Positions 27,060-39,242 of a stretch of 64,000 nt of DNA are shown one piece after another. Both the position numbers and the translations under genes were made by a program. The stretch lies in the NCBI GenBank assembly GCA_013265495.1, contig MU058065.1, positions 4,686,976 through 4,750,975 on the forward strand, in the 5' to 3' direction. Every line of letters begins with the position of its first letter. Within the stretch, counting starts at the first letter, position 1. This DNA is from Vicugna vicugna (Eukaryota). Below the pieces are notes generated by a model. The model was not told the origin of the DNA and ran no database searches. It was given only the letters and a program-made list of their open reading frames with translations.

Positions 27060-27565
27060 AGATTCATATGATTCTAGAAAGTCTAGTCCCACCCTCGATT
27101 TGGAAGTGGGTTTGACCCAGGCAAGCCATTCTGTCCATTTCAATCTACCAGCCTTGGTGATGGGTTCAGAGATAGACATATGGTCCAATTTGGGATGAAA
27201 AAATTCTAGGAGCTGTACGCTGGGGACTGAAGTGACCATGTAGGAAGGACCTTCCAGACTGTTGCATGAGCATAGCCAGAAGACAAAGTATCGTCCCACT
27301 GTAAATGAGAAGGACCAACCAAGGAGATCCTGTACCTGCTGGTTGCCACTTTGCCCCTGAAAGGGAAGCTAGCATGAGTTCAAGGCCAGCACAGAAAACA
27401 AGACAGAAGTGAGAGGAACGCAGAGAAATTGAGCTGAGATCCTGACCCAGTTGCAGCTGCAATCCCCCTACCTCTAGCTTTTCCATCTCATAAAAGTTAA
27501 AACACCTTTACTATTTAGGACTATTTGGGTTTGTTGTGTTTTCTGCCGCCCGAGCGTATTAACCT
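27060..27565 (+). mobile_element. Old MaLR (MLT1-like) LTR
   Basis: GTGATGGGTTCAGAGATAGACATATGGTCCAAT...AGGCCAGCACAGA...TATTTGGGTTTG, MLT1-like layout. Confidence 0.6.
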
Positions 27566-28129
27566 GCGCGGAGGTCCTTGCTCTCCTCATGCTTCCTGAC
27601 TCACACAGCTCTCTCTTGATCATAAAAGCCAGCTCCTATTTGATATGCTAGTAAAACATTTAAAATTTTTTTTTGTTCTGAAGAATATTGCCTGCCTACA
27701 GGGGCTGTTAAAGATACTCTTTCTAAGAGATCGGTTTTCCTCTTTTTGTTTATATTAACCAAGCTCCAATTTTATGGAAGAGAATGATGATAAGTAAATT
27801 CATCAGAGTTTGCATCTTTGAATCAAAGCAAAAAGGCCAATAAGCAAGTACTCATACATCTAGAGAAGTCTGATTGTGGTGGAATCATCCATTCTCCACT
27901 TCAAACCAGAGTTCAAAAATAGATTGGGCAACTGGAATGAGTAGCAGTTGGACTTCTGTGGCACAGCAGGGAAATAGAAAAGCTCTTTCACGTGGTTGGC
28001 TGTCATTTACCACATTGTTTTCTTTTTTGTTTGTTTTTTTTTTTTCTGTCTGTCTCTTGGTTCTCTTTGCAGGTTGCATGTGTTTCTATGGGTCCCTCTG
28101 TCATTTGCAGCTGTTGTATTTCTCCTGGC

Positions 28130-28291
28130 CAACATCCGTTGTCCTCGCACTTGGCTGTCTGTTAGAATCGCCTGAGGGCTCTTTGATGCTCAGGCCATTA
28201 ACCCAGGCCAACTAAACTGGAATCTTTGGAGGTGGGGCCCAGTCATCTGCCCAGGTAATGTCAACGTACATCCACGAGTGAAAACCAGCGG
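28130..28291. mobile_element. MER5A-like remnant
   Basis: TTAGAATCGCCTGAGG...GATGCTCAGGCC...GAATCTTTGGAGGTGGGGCCCAG...TGAAAACCAGCG. Confidence 0.7.
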
Positions 28292-29025
28292 CTTAGATGA
28301 TCTGGCCTCTCCAATTCTGGAAGGCCTAGTGGGAAACATGGAAAGATCAGTGGAGAGGACAACAATTTCTCTAAGTCTGAGTTAAAGGGCTGTTTCTGCT
28401 CCTGTTTGCACGCCTCTTCTTACAGGATACAGAGATCCAAAGAGCCAATATCCAGGTGCTGGCCTGGGTAAAAGAAGCAATGAAAAAGGCCACTTGAATC
28501 TGCCTCTGGACCAGAGCTTTCCGTAAAGAGGCTAGGAGAGCCTTGTGGCCAAGTAGGGTCATTCCTGCTTCTCACGGGTAGGAGGTCCTAGAGTGATCTG
28601 AGCACAAAATACTGTCTAGTAGTAGACAGTGTCCTATTTCCTTATAGATTTCTCTGTGCATCTATCCTGCAGGGACCTAGTAATCAGGGTCAGTATATGG
28701 GTATCTGGTCCTGATCATCTCCACCACAACTGACCATAAGACCATCCCCTTGTCCCTTCTCCATGATTTGCTTCCCTTGTGAGTAACGCAGCTGTGTTCT
28801 TTCTGAAGATACAAGGTCGCTGTGGTTACCATTTTGTGATCAAGCTTGCTGTTGTCTCCCAGTGCCCACTTCACTTCCACACACCAGGTTTGGTTTTCAG
28901 ACATTTTTGTATGCAAGTACAAATTTATTTTGATAGGTACAAATTTTTTCACGCTTACTTCTATGCCTTCCTATCTTTTGTTTTTTCCCAACAATCAGTA
29001 AGATAAAGACCCCAGGTTAATTTTT

Positions 29026-29350
29026 TTTTAATTGAAGTATAGTTGATTTATAATGTTGTGTTAGTTTCTGTTGTATAGCATAGTGATTCAGTTATACATA
29101 TATACATTCTTTTCAGATTCTTTTTAAATTATAGGTTATTACAAGATTTTGAATATAGTTCCCTGTGCTAGACAGTAGGACCTTGTTGTTTATCTGTTTC
29201 ATATATACATAGTATGTAACTGCTAATTCCAAACTCCTAATTTATCCCTCCTACACTTTTATCCATTGGTAATCATAAGTTTGTTTTCTGTGTCTGTGAT
29301 TCTGTTTCTGTTCTGTAAGTAAGTTTATTTGTATCACTTTGTTTTAGATA
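29026..29350 (-). mobile_element. Young 5'-truncated L1 3' end with 15-bp TSD
   Basis: ATTGAAGTATAGTTGATTTATAATGTTGTG...; TSD CCCAGGTTAATTTTT at 29011-29025 and 29351-29365. Confidence 0.92.
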
Positions 29351-29738
29351 CCCAGGTTAATTTTTCACCTTCACATTTTCTCGCTTAAAATTTTTACCTA
29401 TGACCTAGGTTACTCGGACCTTTGGTGATCTGCCTCAGAGTTATTTTCCATAATGACTAATAAGTTCTGCATATTAAAATTGTAGGCCGTTCAACATTGC
29501 CATCATGTTGAAATACGTCTCTATATGTCAATATAGCCAGCTGAGTAAACATTAAAGCATAATTGAATTTTTCAGCAATGACATTTTAATCAAGAAATGT
29601 TCTTGGGCTCTTAAGAGTTCAATATATTTCTTTGTAAGAATTTGCCCCCTCGGAATCTGCTTGAAAAATATGATCGTGCCTACTCCTGAAGTAACTTGCT
29701 GTTCGTTGCTTCACCCGAGTTGTCTGGGTAAGTCTTAC

Positions 29739-29930
29739 CATGTGGGGTCAATGTACTCGGTAGAACTTTGTTGGCCAATACTCATTAGTACAAAATGGCG
29801 AGCACAAAAGTGGAGGCCATGAAGTACGCCAACACGAGACACTTCCCAAGGTTATTTTAGTTAACTTTAGTTGTCTAGATTTACAAGTTCGACTTCTCCA
29901 TGTCGAACGGCAGGTGAACCTATTTTTAGC
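29739..29930 (-). other. Candidate non-coding or 5'UTR exon (192 nt), CpG-enriched
   Basis: Minus strand: acceptor CTGTTTTGTCTCAG|G, donor CACATG|GTAAGA; stops in all three frames. Confidence 0.3.
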
Positions 29931-30647
29931 CTGAGACAAAACAGCATCTTCTTCCTTATGCTCTTGGGGAGAGAAAAACACTGCGTGTTATTAAGATCAT
30001 TAAATATGGTATTATAATGAGCAGATATTGCAGTCGCATTGAGTATGCTTCTAAAGAGATGAAACATGTGGGTACAATTCTCCGTCTTTAATGGTGATGA
30101 TTTCCATTTATGTTTTCCTTGGATTTCAGAGAAAGGAACCCATGAGTCTTTTCGACACCCCTGGTGTCAGTGCCACTCTTTGAACTTATCCACAGCTTAA
30201 TGGCCTTAGTTTTCTTCACAGCTGTGGGTTACTTCTCACGTCCCAGCCTTTCTTCTTTTGCTCATGAATCAATTAGTGCTCAAGGAGATATTGACAGAAA
30301 GCATCTTAAATCAATAGTTACTTATCAGGGACATACTCTGTACAACATTTTCTGTTTGGGGTTTTGGAAGATGCTAGATTTATAAGAGGTATTCCTTCCC
30401 TATGGAACTTACAATGTTGTAAGGACTATATGTCAGTTAAACATATAAAAGAGACAAGAAGCATAAAAGATTAAGCTGGATAAATAAAAGGAGGATATAT
30501 CCTTTCCCAGGCTCTTTTCTGGAAGCCTGGAATATATTTTTTTTCCTTTGTATATATGTATGTATGTGTGAATATATATATACACATATATCCATGGATC
30601 TATTTATTTAATACATAAAACCTGGCAAGAAATCATACTGTAGCTTT

Positions 30648-31155
30648 TGTAGTGGAAATCTGCCATTTTATTCCTGCAAGGAACTGCTCCAGTATTTGTG
30701 GAATATTCTCTTGCATCTTCAACTTTCCCAGGTGCCTGGCACCTAGAACACAAATGGCGAATCTACTTTCAGCCACTTTAATGCTCTCACTCTGAACTTG
30801 ACTTTAAATGCAGTGACACACAGATTCAGGGACAGGAAAATATGCTCCCCATGCTCGATGGTTTTATAGCAGCAGTATTAATGATGGTGGCCAGTGTCTA
30901 GCGCTGGTGGTGGTGGCAGGTGGCGATGGTATTAGTCACAATGTGGGCATCATTCTGGAGCAGTGGTCATGCCATTTTTAACCAGCTGTTCTTATTATGG
31001 GGTCTTTTCAGCACTTCTGGTGGCCTTTAGTTTCTGCCTATTTTTAGAACAGTGTTCTCCTGTTTCCTGTTTATTCTATGAATTACCCAATCTATATCTT
31101 TCTGGATTGTTAGTCAGAGTCAGTTGTTTGCAATTATAGCCCCTAATTGTTAGAG
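30648..31155 (+). mobile_element. ERVL-class LTR (LTR16/LTR33-like), 5' LTR of a decayed provirus
   Basis: TGTAGTGGAAATCTG start; U5-like end TTCTATGAATTACCCAAT...GTTAGTCAGAGTCAGTTGTTTGCAA; followed directly by gag-like sequence. Confidence 0.55.
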
Positions 31156-31202
31156 ATGTTGAAACTAAGACTAGACAGTAGGCAACGAAAGTGAAGGAAA
31201 TT

Positions 31203-31455
31203 GAAGAAATCTGGGACCGGTTCTCTGGTTTGGTGGAAGTTAAAAGCACTGGAAATCCAGTTACTCAAGGAATGGGATAAACAGGGCTTGTGATTCTGAA
31301 ACAGCTATTTAAGTCATTGCTTTGGTCATGTGGGATGAAATTCATACTGAAGACAAGTTTCTGGAAAACTGAGTTCCTGCTCCCTTATGAAAACAAGAGG
31401 AAAAGAAATTTAAGGCCCATCTACAGAAAACTGGATTTTTTTTTCTAACAGCAGG
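31203..31455 (+). pseudogene. Degenerate ERVL-type gag N-terminus
   Basis: Translates EEIWDRFSGLVEVKSTGNPVTQGMG*TGLVILKQLFKSL, then after a frameshift VMWDEIHTEDKFLEN*VPA; resembles the recalled ERVL gag motif KQLLKLSPVVTWDEV. Confidence 0.5.
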
Positions 31456-32399
31456 ACTTCCTGTCAGAGTCAACCGTGTTTTATTCTGATTCTGTTAGGT
31501 ATTATAAAAAATGGTTATCACATACACAGCCTTATGCCCGATGAGTGTTCATTAAGCTGCCATTCAGAAATGACACAACTGGTCACACTGTTACATGAAT
31601 ACAGCCGGGAGAGTGTATTTACAGAAAAAGACGCAAATCAAAGTCATCAGGAAGGTTCATTTTTGTGACTTTAATGGCTTCTTCAACTCTAGAGCATGTG
31701 TTGCATAAATCCGTAATTCCCAGTGTAAATGTGCTACAGATCTTACAACCAGAATATTCATTTCCTCTGGAGATCTAGCTCTGAGGCTACAATGTGTTAA
31801 AATGCCTCGAAATAGCTTCCTTCCAGAAGGAGACAGTGGTCTCAAGTATCTCTATATCAGTTGTAAGATAACTTCCTTCTCCGACCTTTGAATTAAAACC
31901 TATGATCAGAGTAACAGCCGTATAGTTTCATCTTTTCTTTCTCTGTTTGCTTACCATATTCTTTCTTCTGTTTTGGTTCAATAGATTAGACAGTTAAAAT
32001 GACCACGTGATCTTTTTGCTCTTTTCTCACTTCTCTTATGTCCTATAAACCCTTGAGCTCCCGAAATTGTCTTTTCCCAAACATCTGCAGCCATTTCCAA
32101 TCTTTCCAATGGTTGGATTTGTCATCTGACAGCAGAACCCTCTAATAAGAATCTGATAGCCAGACATATGACATTAATACTCACAGTTATAATCACACCT
32201 CTTGTTGTATTCAGTAAAAACATAAGTATCATTATCCTCAACATGCCTACGTCTTAACTGGACCCATGGTTATTTTCTCCTGTGACTACGCAGAAATGAT
32301 TACGTGCTTTAACTCCTCCCAAACTGTTAGCCCTCTGTGACGAGACCAATGAAGTACCAATAATAATTTGTATCAACCAGGTCCCAGAAACAAGATATT

Positions 32400-33000
32400 C
32401 ACACCCCTTTATTTTGTACCCATAAGGCTATTTTTTTCTGTGAAATCAGATGCCCTCTTGTGTCCATCATGTTCAGATTAGACCACTGCTTTACATATGG
32501 CCACCTGGCCCTTTTTCATTGCAAATCTCCAGGTACTTTGTATCTTATTAAATAAAATACAAAGCTATGTTCATTTATTAGAAGAGTATCTGAAACACCA
32601 GATTTCACTGGGGTTTGTACAAAATTCTACCTTGGCTAGGAGTTCCTAAGGTAAACTATACGTTCAGCAATTTATTCCTGACTGTGATTCAAACAGCAAA
32701 TGAAACAGCGTAAGAGTTAGAGGCCTCCCAGACCAGCACACATCAATCTATTAAAAGAGTTCCGGGCAGTAGGCTTGCCCTCAACAATTTACTCGCCATG
32801 TAAGGTGGAGTCTATGCAATCACCACCATATCTCATTTCATCTGAGAAAGCAATTCAGGAAAAGTAAAACAATCAATTCATCAATTGAGATAAAAGGTTA
32901 CGTGGTTATCTAAGGTCAGCCAAACCGATCCTTGGAACAATTGTTTTGGTGAGGTTGAGGCCAATTCAGAAGGCTGGCAACAAAGTCAGTTCTAAATGTT
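32400..33000 (+). pseudogene. Degenerate retroviral env (gamma-type TM: fusion peptide, heptad repeat, ISD)
   Basis: Single frame from 32621: KILPWLGVPKVNYTFSNLFLTVIQTANETA*ELEASQTSTHQSIKRVPGSRLALNNLLAM*GGVYAITTISHFI*ESNSGKVKQSIHQLR*KVTWLSKVSQTDPW. Confidence 0.8.
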
Positions 33001-33449
33001 TCTTAGGCTCCTGTGACAGTCCTCATACTTTTGGCCTGTTTCTACTGTCTGATATGCAGGTGCTTCAGGATACCGCACGACCATCTCTGAGCTGATAGCA
33101 CCCAGCGAAAGGCCATACCAGCCTTACATCGAGAGACACAGGATTCTTAGAAAACTCACAAATAAATACACTTTCATCCCAGTAACTCTTCCATCCTGCT
33201 CAAGGGAAATTGTCCTCTTTGACATTTTTGGTCGATCAGCATCCCCTGGGATAAAACAAAATAAGAGTCTCAGTTTCATAGACCATATGTGGAGTTTTGC
33301 CTTTTTAAACTCCACTTTTCTGAGAGACAAACTATAAATGACTGAGCTCCTTTCTTACGCAAGTGAACGTCAGTAAATTCTAGCTAAATGTGTCTATGAG
33401 CTGTTCTTTGGCAACTGAAAAGTGAGTGGTTCCTTTGTTTTATGTGTTT

Positions 33450-33612
33450 TGAATGCATTCAGTCATCTAATCCTCACAACCATCCTTTGACACTAAGCGC
33501 TCTTTTATGGCTATTTTTCCATCTGAAGAAACAGGCAGAGAACAGGTAAGTACCCTACCCAAGTTTACTTAGCTTCTAAGTGAGGGGGCCGTGAATTCAA
33601 CCCAAGCACTTT
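33450..33612 (-). mobile_element. MIR
   Basis: CATCTAATCCTCACAACCATCCT...TGAAGAAACAGGCAGAGA...GAATTCAACCCAAGCA. Confidence 0.75.
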
Positions 33613-33650
33613 GCCACCTTTATTTATTCATTTTTAATTGAAGAATAATA

Positions 33651-34025
33651 CAGTCATTCCTTAGTAGCTACAGGGGATTGGTTCCAGGACCCCCTCCACC
33701 ACCACTCCTAACACCACCTCTCACCACACCGCTGACACCAAAAGCTGAAGATGCTCAAGTCCCCGCTGTGAAATGGTGTAGCATCTGCAAGTTCCCCTGC
33801 ATTCGTCTTCCCGTACCCTTTACATAATCTCTAGGTTACTTATAATACCAAATACGATGTAAATGCTGTGTAAATAGTTGTAAATACTATGAAAATAGTT
33901 GCTGGAGCCCAGCAGATTACAGTCTTGGTTTTTGGAACTTCCCCAATTTTTTTTTTTTTTAATATTTTGATCTGTGCTTGGCTGAATCTATGGCTGCAGA
34001 ACACTTCGGATGTGGAGGCCAACTG
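33651..34025. mobile_element. MER2-like TcMar-Tigger element
   Basis: CAGTC...(GGGGATTGGTTCCAGGACCCC, GATGCTCAAGTCCC)...AACTG flanked by TA on both sides (33649-33650, 34026-34027). Confidence 0.88.
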
Positions 34026-35909
34026 TATACACAAAAAGCAGATACATAACAAGTACACGGCTGGACAATTTTTCACAAACTGAACCCACGTATATAACCA
34101 ACACTCAGTTCAAGAAACATAACATTATCAGCATCCTCGAAGCTCCCCCTGTGCTCCTTTGAAGTCTCTACCCTTCCCTACCAATGCTTGAACACTATCC
34201 TGATATGTTGAACCACTTTTGTGACTCTTCCCAGTCCATCGCCTTTGCTGTTTTGTACTCTTCAAATAAATGGACCTGTATAGTTTGGTAGAACATGTTC
34301 TTTTCCGCTGGGCTTTTGTTGTTCTTGTTGTTTTACATTATATTGGTGAGATTCGTTTATATTTTCCACGTAGGTGTACATGCCTCACTTCCATCAACGT
34401 GTAATTCCATTGTGTGAATATATGACAATTTCCTCACCCACTCTACCCCTGACGGGCATTTGAGTAGTTTCCACTCTGAGTCTGGTGAACATATGGACTT
34501 CTTTCTTCCTCGTGTACACTCTGGAGTGGAACTGCTGCATCATAGATCTGAGTATGTTCATCTGTAGAAGATACTGTCAGTTTCCAGAGAGGATAACCAT
34601 TTTCGTTCCCATGGATCATGTAAGCGAGTTCCTGTTGCTCCACATCCTTGTCAACACTTGATGTTGAATGTCTTTTTCATTTTGGCTACCCTGGTGTAAT
34701 GTGTGCTTTTGTCACATTGTGGTTTTAATGGGTATTTACCTGAGGGTTAATTAATATGAAGAGCTTTCCATATGTTTATTAGCCACTTAATGTCCCCTGT
34801 TTTCAAGGGTCTGTTCAAGTCTTTTGCCGTTTTTCCTATTTGTCAGCCTGTCATTTTCTTATTAATTTGTTGGAGTTATTTACATATTCCGGATGTGACT
34901 CATTGGCAGGAATATGTACCACTTTTTGAGTTGTATTTTTACTCTCTTAATGGTATCTTTCAATGAACACAAGTTCTTAATTTAAAAACAAATTTATCTT
35001 TTGTCTCTGTTTATAGCTGGGTACTTCTGTGTCCTGTTTATGAAATCTTTGCCAATGCGAGGGTCACAAGGATGCCCTTCTGTTTTTCTCTAAAAGCTTT
35101 GTTGTTTCTTATTTCACGTTTAGGTCTTCAGTCCATCTGGAATTGTGTTTTGCAGATGATTTGACATGGGGGCCAAAGAACACATTTTTAGTCCATATGG
35201 ATAACAAATTGACCCAGCATTGTTTACTGAAAAGATCAGCTTTTCTAGTGTACTCTAGCATCCTTTTGCTATAAATCAGATGTTGGTATGTGTGGACTGA
35301 TTTCTGGACTCTGTTTTGCACCATTAGTCAATCTTTCCTTGAACCAATATGGGACTGCCTTATTGATAAAGCTTGATTATGTCTTCCTATCTCTTACTCT
35401 AAGTCTCTCAACTCTGTAGTTTTATGTTGCCTTGGCTATTCTCAGCCCTTTCATTTCCATTTGCATTTTTAAAGGAGTTTACAATTTTTTTATTAAGATT
35501 GTGCTGAACCTATAGATTAATTTGGAAAAATTAATTTTTTTACAATATTGTCTTCCAACTCATGAATAGACCATATCCTCTGTTTATTTAAATCTTTTTA
35601 AAATTTCTCTGAATACTGTTTGGGTTTTTAATGTCATTGTCTTGAACATTTATTCATTTGTAGGAAGAGTCAGCACTTTTGGTGTAATTTCTATCTAGCA
35701 TGTTTGAAAGAATTGCCCAGTGAAGCCAAATAGGCCTGGACCTTTTTATTTGAGGAAGTTTTTAACAATAGTTTCAATTTTGACAAGATATTAAATTATT
35801 CAGATCTCTATTTCTTTTAGAAGATTTGGTAAGTCTTTTAAAAAAGATGTTCTTAAAACTTTGTCCAAATTGTCATATTTATGATGCTCATAATATGTTT
35901 TTAATAACT

Positions 35910-36100
35910 TTTTTGGAAGTGGGTTATTGAAACATAATTGACATACAGTATTGTGTTAGTTTCAGGTGTACAACATAATGATCTGATGTTTGCATACATT
36001 ATGAAATGATCAGTACCATAAGTCTAGTAATCATCTGTCCCCAAACAAAGTTATTACAGTATTATTGACCATATTCCTTATGCTGTATATTACATCTCTA
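35910..36100 (-). mobile_element. Younger L1 3' end nested in old L1M
   Basis: TTATTGAAACATAATTGACATACAGTATTGTGTTAGTTTCAGGTGTACAAC...; similar flanks TATGT..TAATAAC on both sides. Confidence 0.75.
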
Positions 36101-37029
36101 TGTCTAATAACATTCTGATGTTTCTACTATCTGTAGTGAGAATCCCCTTTAATCCTGCTATTAATCATCTTTTTTTTATATTAAAGGGCTTTCTTTTTTT
36201 TATACAGTCTTTTGCTTTGTTGACTTTTCCATAATACATTTAAATTTTTTAAAACTTTTTTCTCTTTTTAATCCATGTAATTTGCTTTCTTCTACTTATT
36301 TAAAATTAATTTGGTATTTTTATTGTGGAGTCTCAAAATGGAAACTTAACCAATTATTTTAGTCTTCTTATCTGATATGTGTATATCAGGTGTACATTTT
36401 TTTTCCTAAGCTCAGGCTGCATTCTTGATATGATGTACCACTCATTGAAAAATATTTTCTTATTTTCCTTTTGTTTTCTCCTTCAACTCATATTTATGTG
36501 AAATACATTGTTTAATGTTTTATTTAATTTCAGGCCATAGGGGATTTCTAATTATTTAGTTCTAGCTCACTCTCCAAATTCTCAGAAAATATACCTTGAA
36601 TTATCTCAAATTTTGAAAAACAAATTAAAGGTTTATTTATGACCAAGTATATGGTTAAATTTTATAAATGTTTCATGTGCTAATGAAACGAAGATAAGCT
36701 AAATCATATAAACAAGAATTAGGTCAGCTCTTTAAATGTTCTGATCCTTATTAATTATTGAGATGTTTTGTATCCTTACTCATTTTATATCTTCCTGTTC
36801 TGTCAGCAAGTGAGTGTGGTATGTCAAAGTTCTTCACCATTTTTGCAGATTCTTCTTATCTTTTTGATTCTGCAAGTTCCATGTATATATTTAGACGCTC
36901 TGGCATCAGGTTTATTCAAATTAGGTTTGTGGTATATTCCAAGTGTCCCCTTTTACCTCTAGTAATTAGGAGATATCTATTCTTATGTCTCGTATTTATT
37001 CTTGCCTTAAAATCTACTTTTAGCTACAT

Positions 37030-37140
37030 CCATATGGGTGTTCCAGCTCTATAACAGCAGGGATAATGTCTGATTTTGCTCAGCATCTTATCCCCAGTAA
37101 CTTGGACATGGAAGATTTACCAAATCTTTGTGGAAGGAAG
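37030..37140 (+). mobile_element. L2 3' tail
   Basis: GCAGGGATAATGTCTGATTTTGCTCAGC...CAAATCTTTGTGGAAGGAAGG. Confidence 0.55.
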
Positions 37141-37193
37141 GAGAGTGTGAAGAAGGGAGTATATAGATTCCCTGCAGTCTGTATCTGTGATCC

Positions 37194-37742
37194 TGTATCA
37201 GTCAGGATTCGCTAGAGGATCCAAAGCAATAGGATGTAATAGTGTGTGTGTGTCTGTGTCTGTGTATAATACGATGTATGATATATAAATATACATGACA
37301 TATCATTATTATACATGTATATAATTACCATCACATATGTGTACAAATCTGTCTATATCTATATATAGATATATTTATATAAAGAGGGAGAGGAAGAGAT
37401 CTATTCTAAGGAACTGGCTCACATGATTGTGGACGTTGGTGAATCTTCTGGATAGGATGGCCCAGGGGAGAGCCAGAAAAAGAGTTTCCCTTTGACTCCA
37501 GAGGTAATCTGCTGGTAGAAGTCCCTCCTCCTCTGGGAAGTTCAGCCTTTTTTTCTATTAAGGCCTTCAACTAATTAGATGAGACCCACCCTCACTATGG
37601 AGGATAATCTGCTTTACTCAAAGTGTACTGATTCAAATGTTAATCTCATCTTTAAAAAACACCAGAATATTTAGAATAATGTTTGACTAAATATCTGGGG
37701 ACTGTGGCCCAGCAAAGTTGATACAAAAAATTAACCATCACA
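37194..37742 (-). mobile_element. Solo MLT2-type (ERVL) LTR
   Basis: TGTATCAGTCAGG ... AATTAACCATCACA; AAGGAACTGGCTCACATGATTGTGG; degenerate TSD GATCC/GGTCT. Confidence 0.9.
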
Positions 37743-39025
37743 GGTCTGTTGACAGCTGTGATAATAATTATGTTCTCTCTGGGGATTCTAGTCACTCTGG
37801 AGGTCAAAAGTTAGCAGGGTCCTGGCAGAGGAGAAGAAAATACACCACAGTTCTTAACTTGCCCTGATAATCAGTCAAATATGAAATTATTTTCAGTACT
37901 TTAAGTCTCCCCAAAGGATAAAATGTTATTTCTAATATTTTATCTAAGTTAATGTATAAAGCATATTTAGCAAAAAAAAAAGAGAAGAAAAGAAAATATC
38001 TGCTCTTAACTATGTTATTTTATCAGTGGTACATCTGGGTTTCACAAACTTGTCTGATTTTGCCTCTCAACTCTCTTTGCATGTGTAAAAAATACAAGAA
38101 AAGGAGGAGATTGAACAATCAGCTATAATTTCTTTTTATCCAGAAATACCTGTGGAAAGCAAGAATAAAAATCATCTTCATGTATTTAAACCCTCATGGG
38201 TAAAGGGACCACCTTTAGAACTTGTTCATTCCTTCCAATGAAGAGTACTAACATATATTTGAGTTACAAAATGTTACGAAAAATGTTTTTTTTTTAATTA
38301 GCAGATTTTCCTGAAAGTAATCAACCGTATTCTAGGTATCCAGAACATCATAAACCTTATCATAAACATCCATTTAACATTTATCAAAAGATGAATTAAT
38401 TGTAAACTGTTTTCACTCAGTAGATTCTAATTACTTTCTTCAACTCCTATCTGTTGAAAACCCTCAGGAAATTGAATTAGCAATTAACCACTTTCTGTTT
38501 TGCATTAACAAGGGCTCCTGAATTACTAGGCTGTCCTCTTAACTAATCCACACTTTTCTTTTTCTTTAAACCCAGATCAAAACTCACCTCTGGCCATTCC
38601 TAACTAATGACTCCCCTCCCTTCAACACACACACACACCCCTAACTTAGATTACCTTGTATCCTCTGAACATTTCAGCTTGTTTATGTGTTTCTTTTAGA
38701 GTGCATTTATGTCTTTTTCACATGTGTTGCTTCTCTTAAGGCTCAGCTGTAAATTAGGTACTTGTGAAAGTTCTGTTAACTTTTTAAATACCCCAAGGCT
38801 GTATTTAATACACCAAAGTAGCAAAATACTGAATAGCTCCCTAGCGGTTTTGAACAGTTAATGCAGCGTCAAAAGAGGCCTAATTTATTATGAGGGAGTA
38901 GTCTAGGCACAGGAGAAAGGGGTTGTGTCAGGATTTGTCATGATTATAAATCAAAATTTCAAAGTGTCTTGAGTTGTTTGTGTGCTGTCTCAAATTGCGT
39001 GATGATCCATGTTCATGTGGTACAT

Positions 39026-39242
39026 CAGGGTTTCTCTCCAGGGGCATTGAAGACACTTGGGACATACCTCGAGTGGGAATCCGCTGTTCTATGCATGATA
39101 GGATGTCTAGCAGCATCCCTGGCCCCTGCCCACTAGAGACCAGTAGGACCCCCTCCCCAGCTGTGACAATCAAAAATGTCTCCAGTCATTGCCACATGTC
39201 CCCTGGGTAGGGGGCAAAATTGACTCCTGGTAAGAACCTCTG
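39026..39242. mobile_element. MER20 hAT DNA transposon
   Basis: CAGGGTTTCTC...AGCAGCATCCCTGGCC...GTGACAATCAAAAATGTCTCCAG...AAGAACCTCTG; degenerate 8-bp TSD TGGTACAT/GCTTACAT. Confidence 0.9.

Larger units (their letters stand above)
33630..37030 (-). mobile_element. Old L1M (L1MD/ME-like) 3' region and ORF2 remnants, interrupted by MER2 and a younger L1
   Basis: 3' end TTTTAATTGAAGAATAA|TACACAAAAAG...TTTTCACAAACTGAAC...; antisense ORF2 motifs (CTCCACATCCTTGTCAACACTTG, CCAGTGAAGCCAAATAGGCCTGG). Confidence 0.8.

Noticed and set aside
34443..35324. Short minus-strand ORFs with L1 ORF2-like words
   Set aside because: Decayed pieces of the old L1M, not a gene
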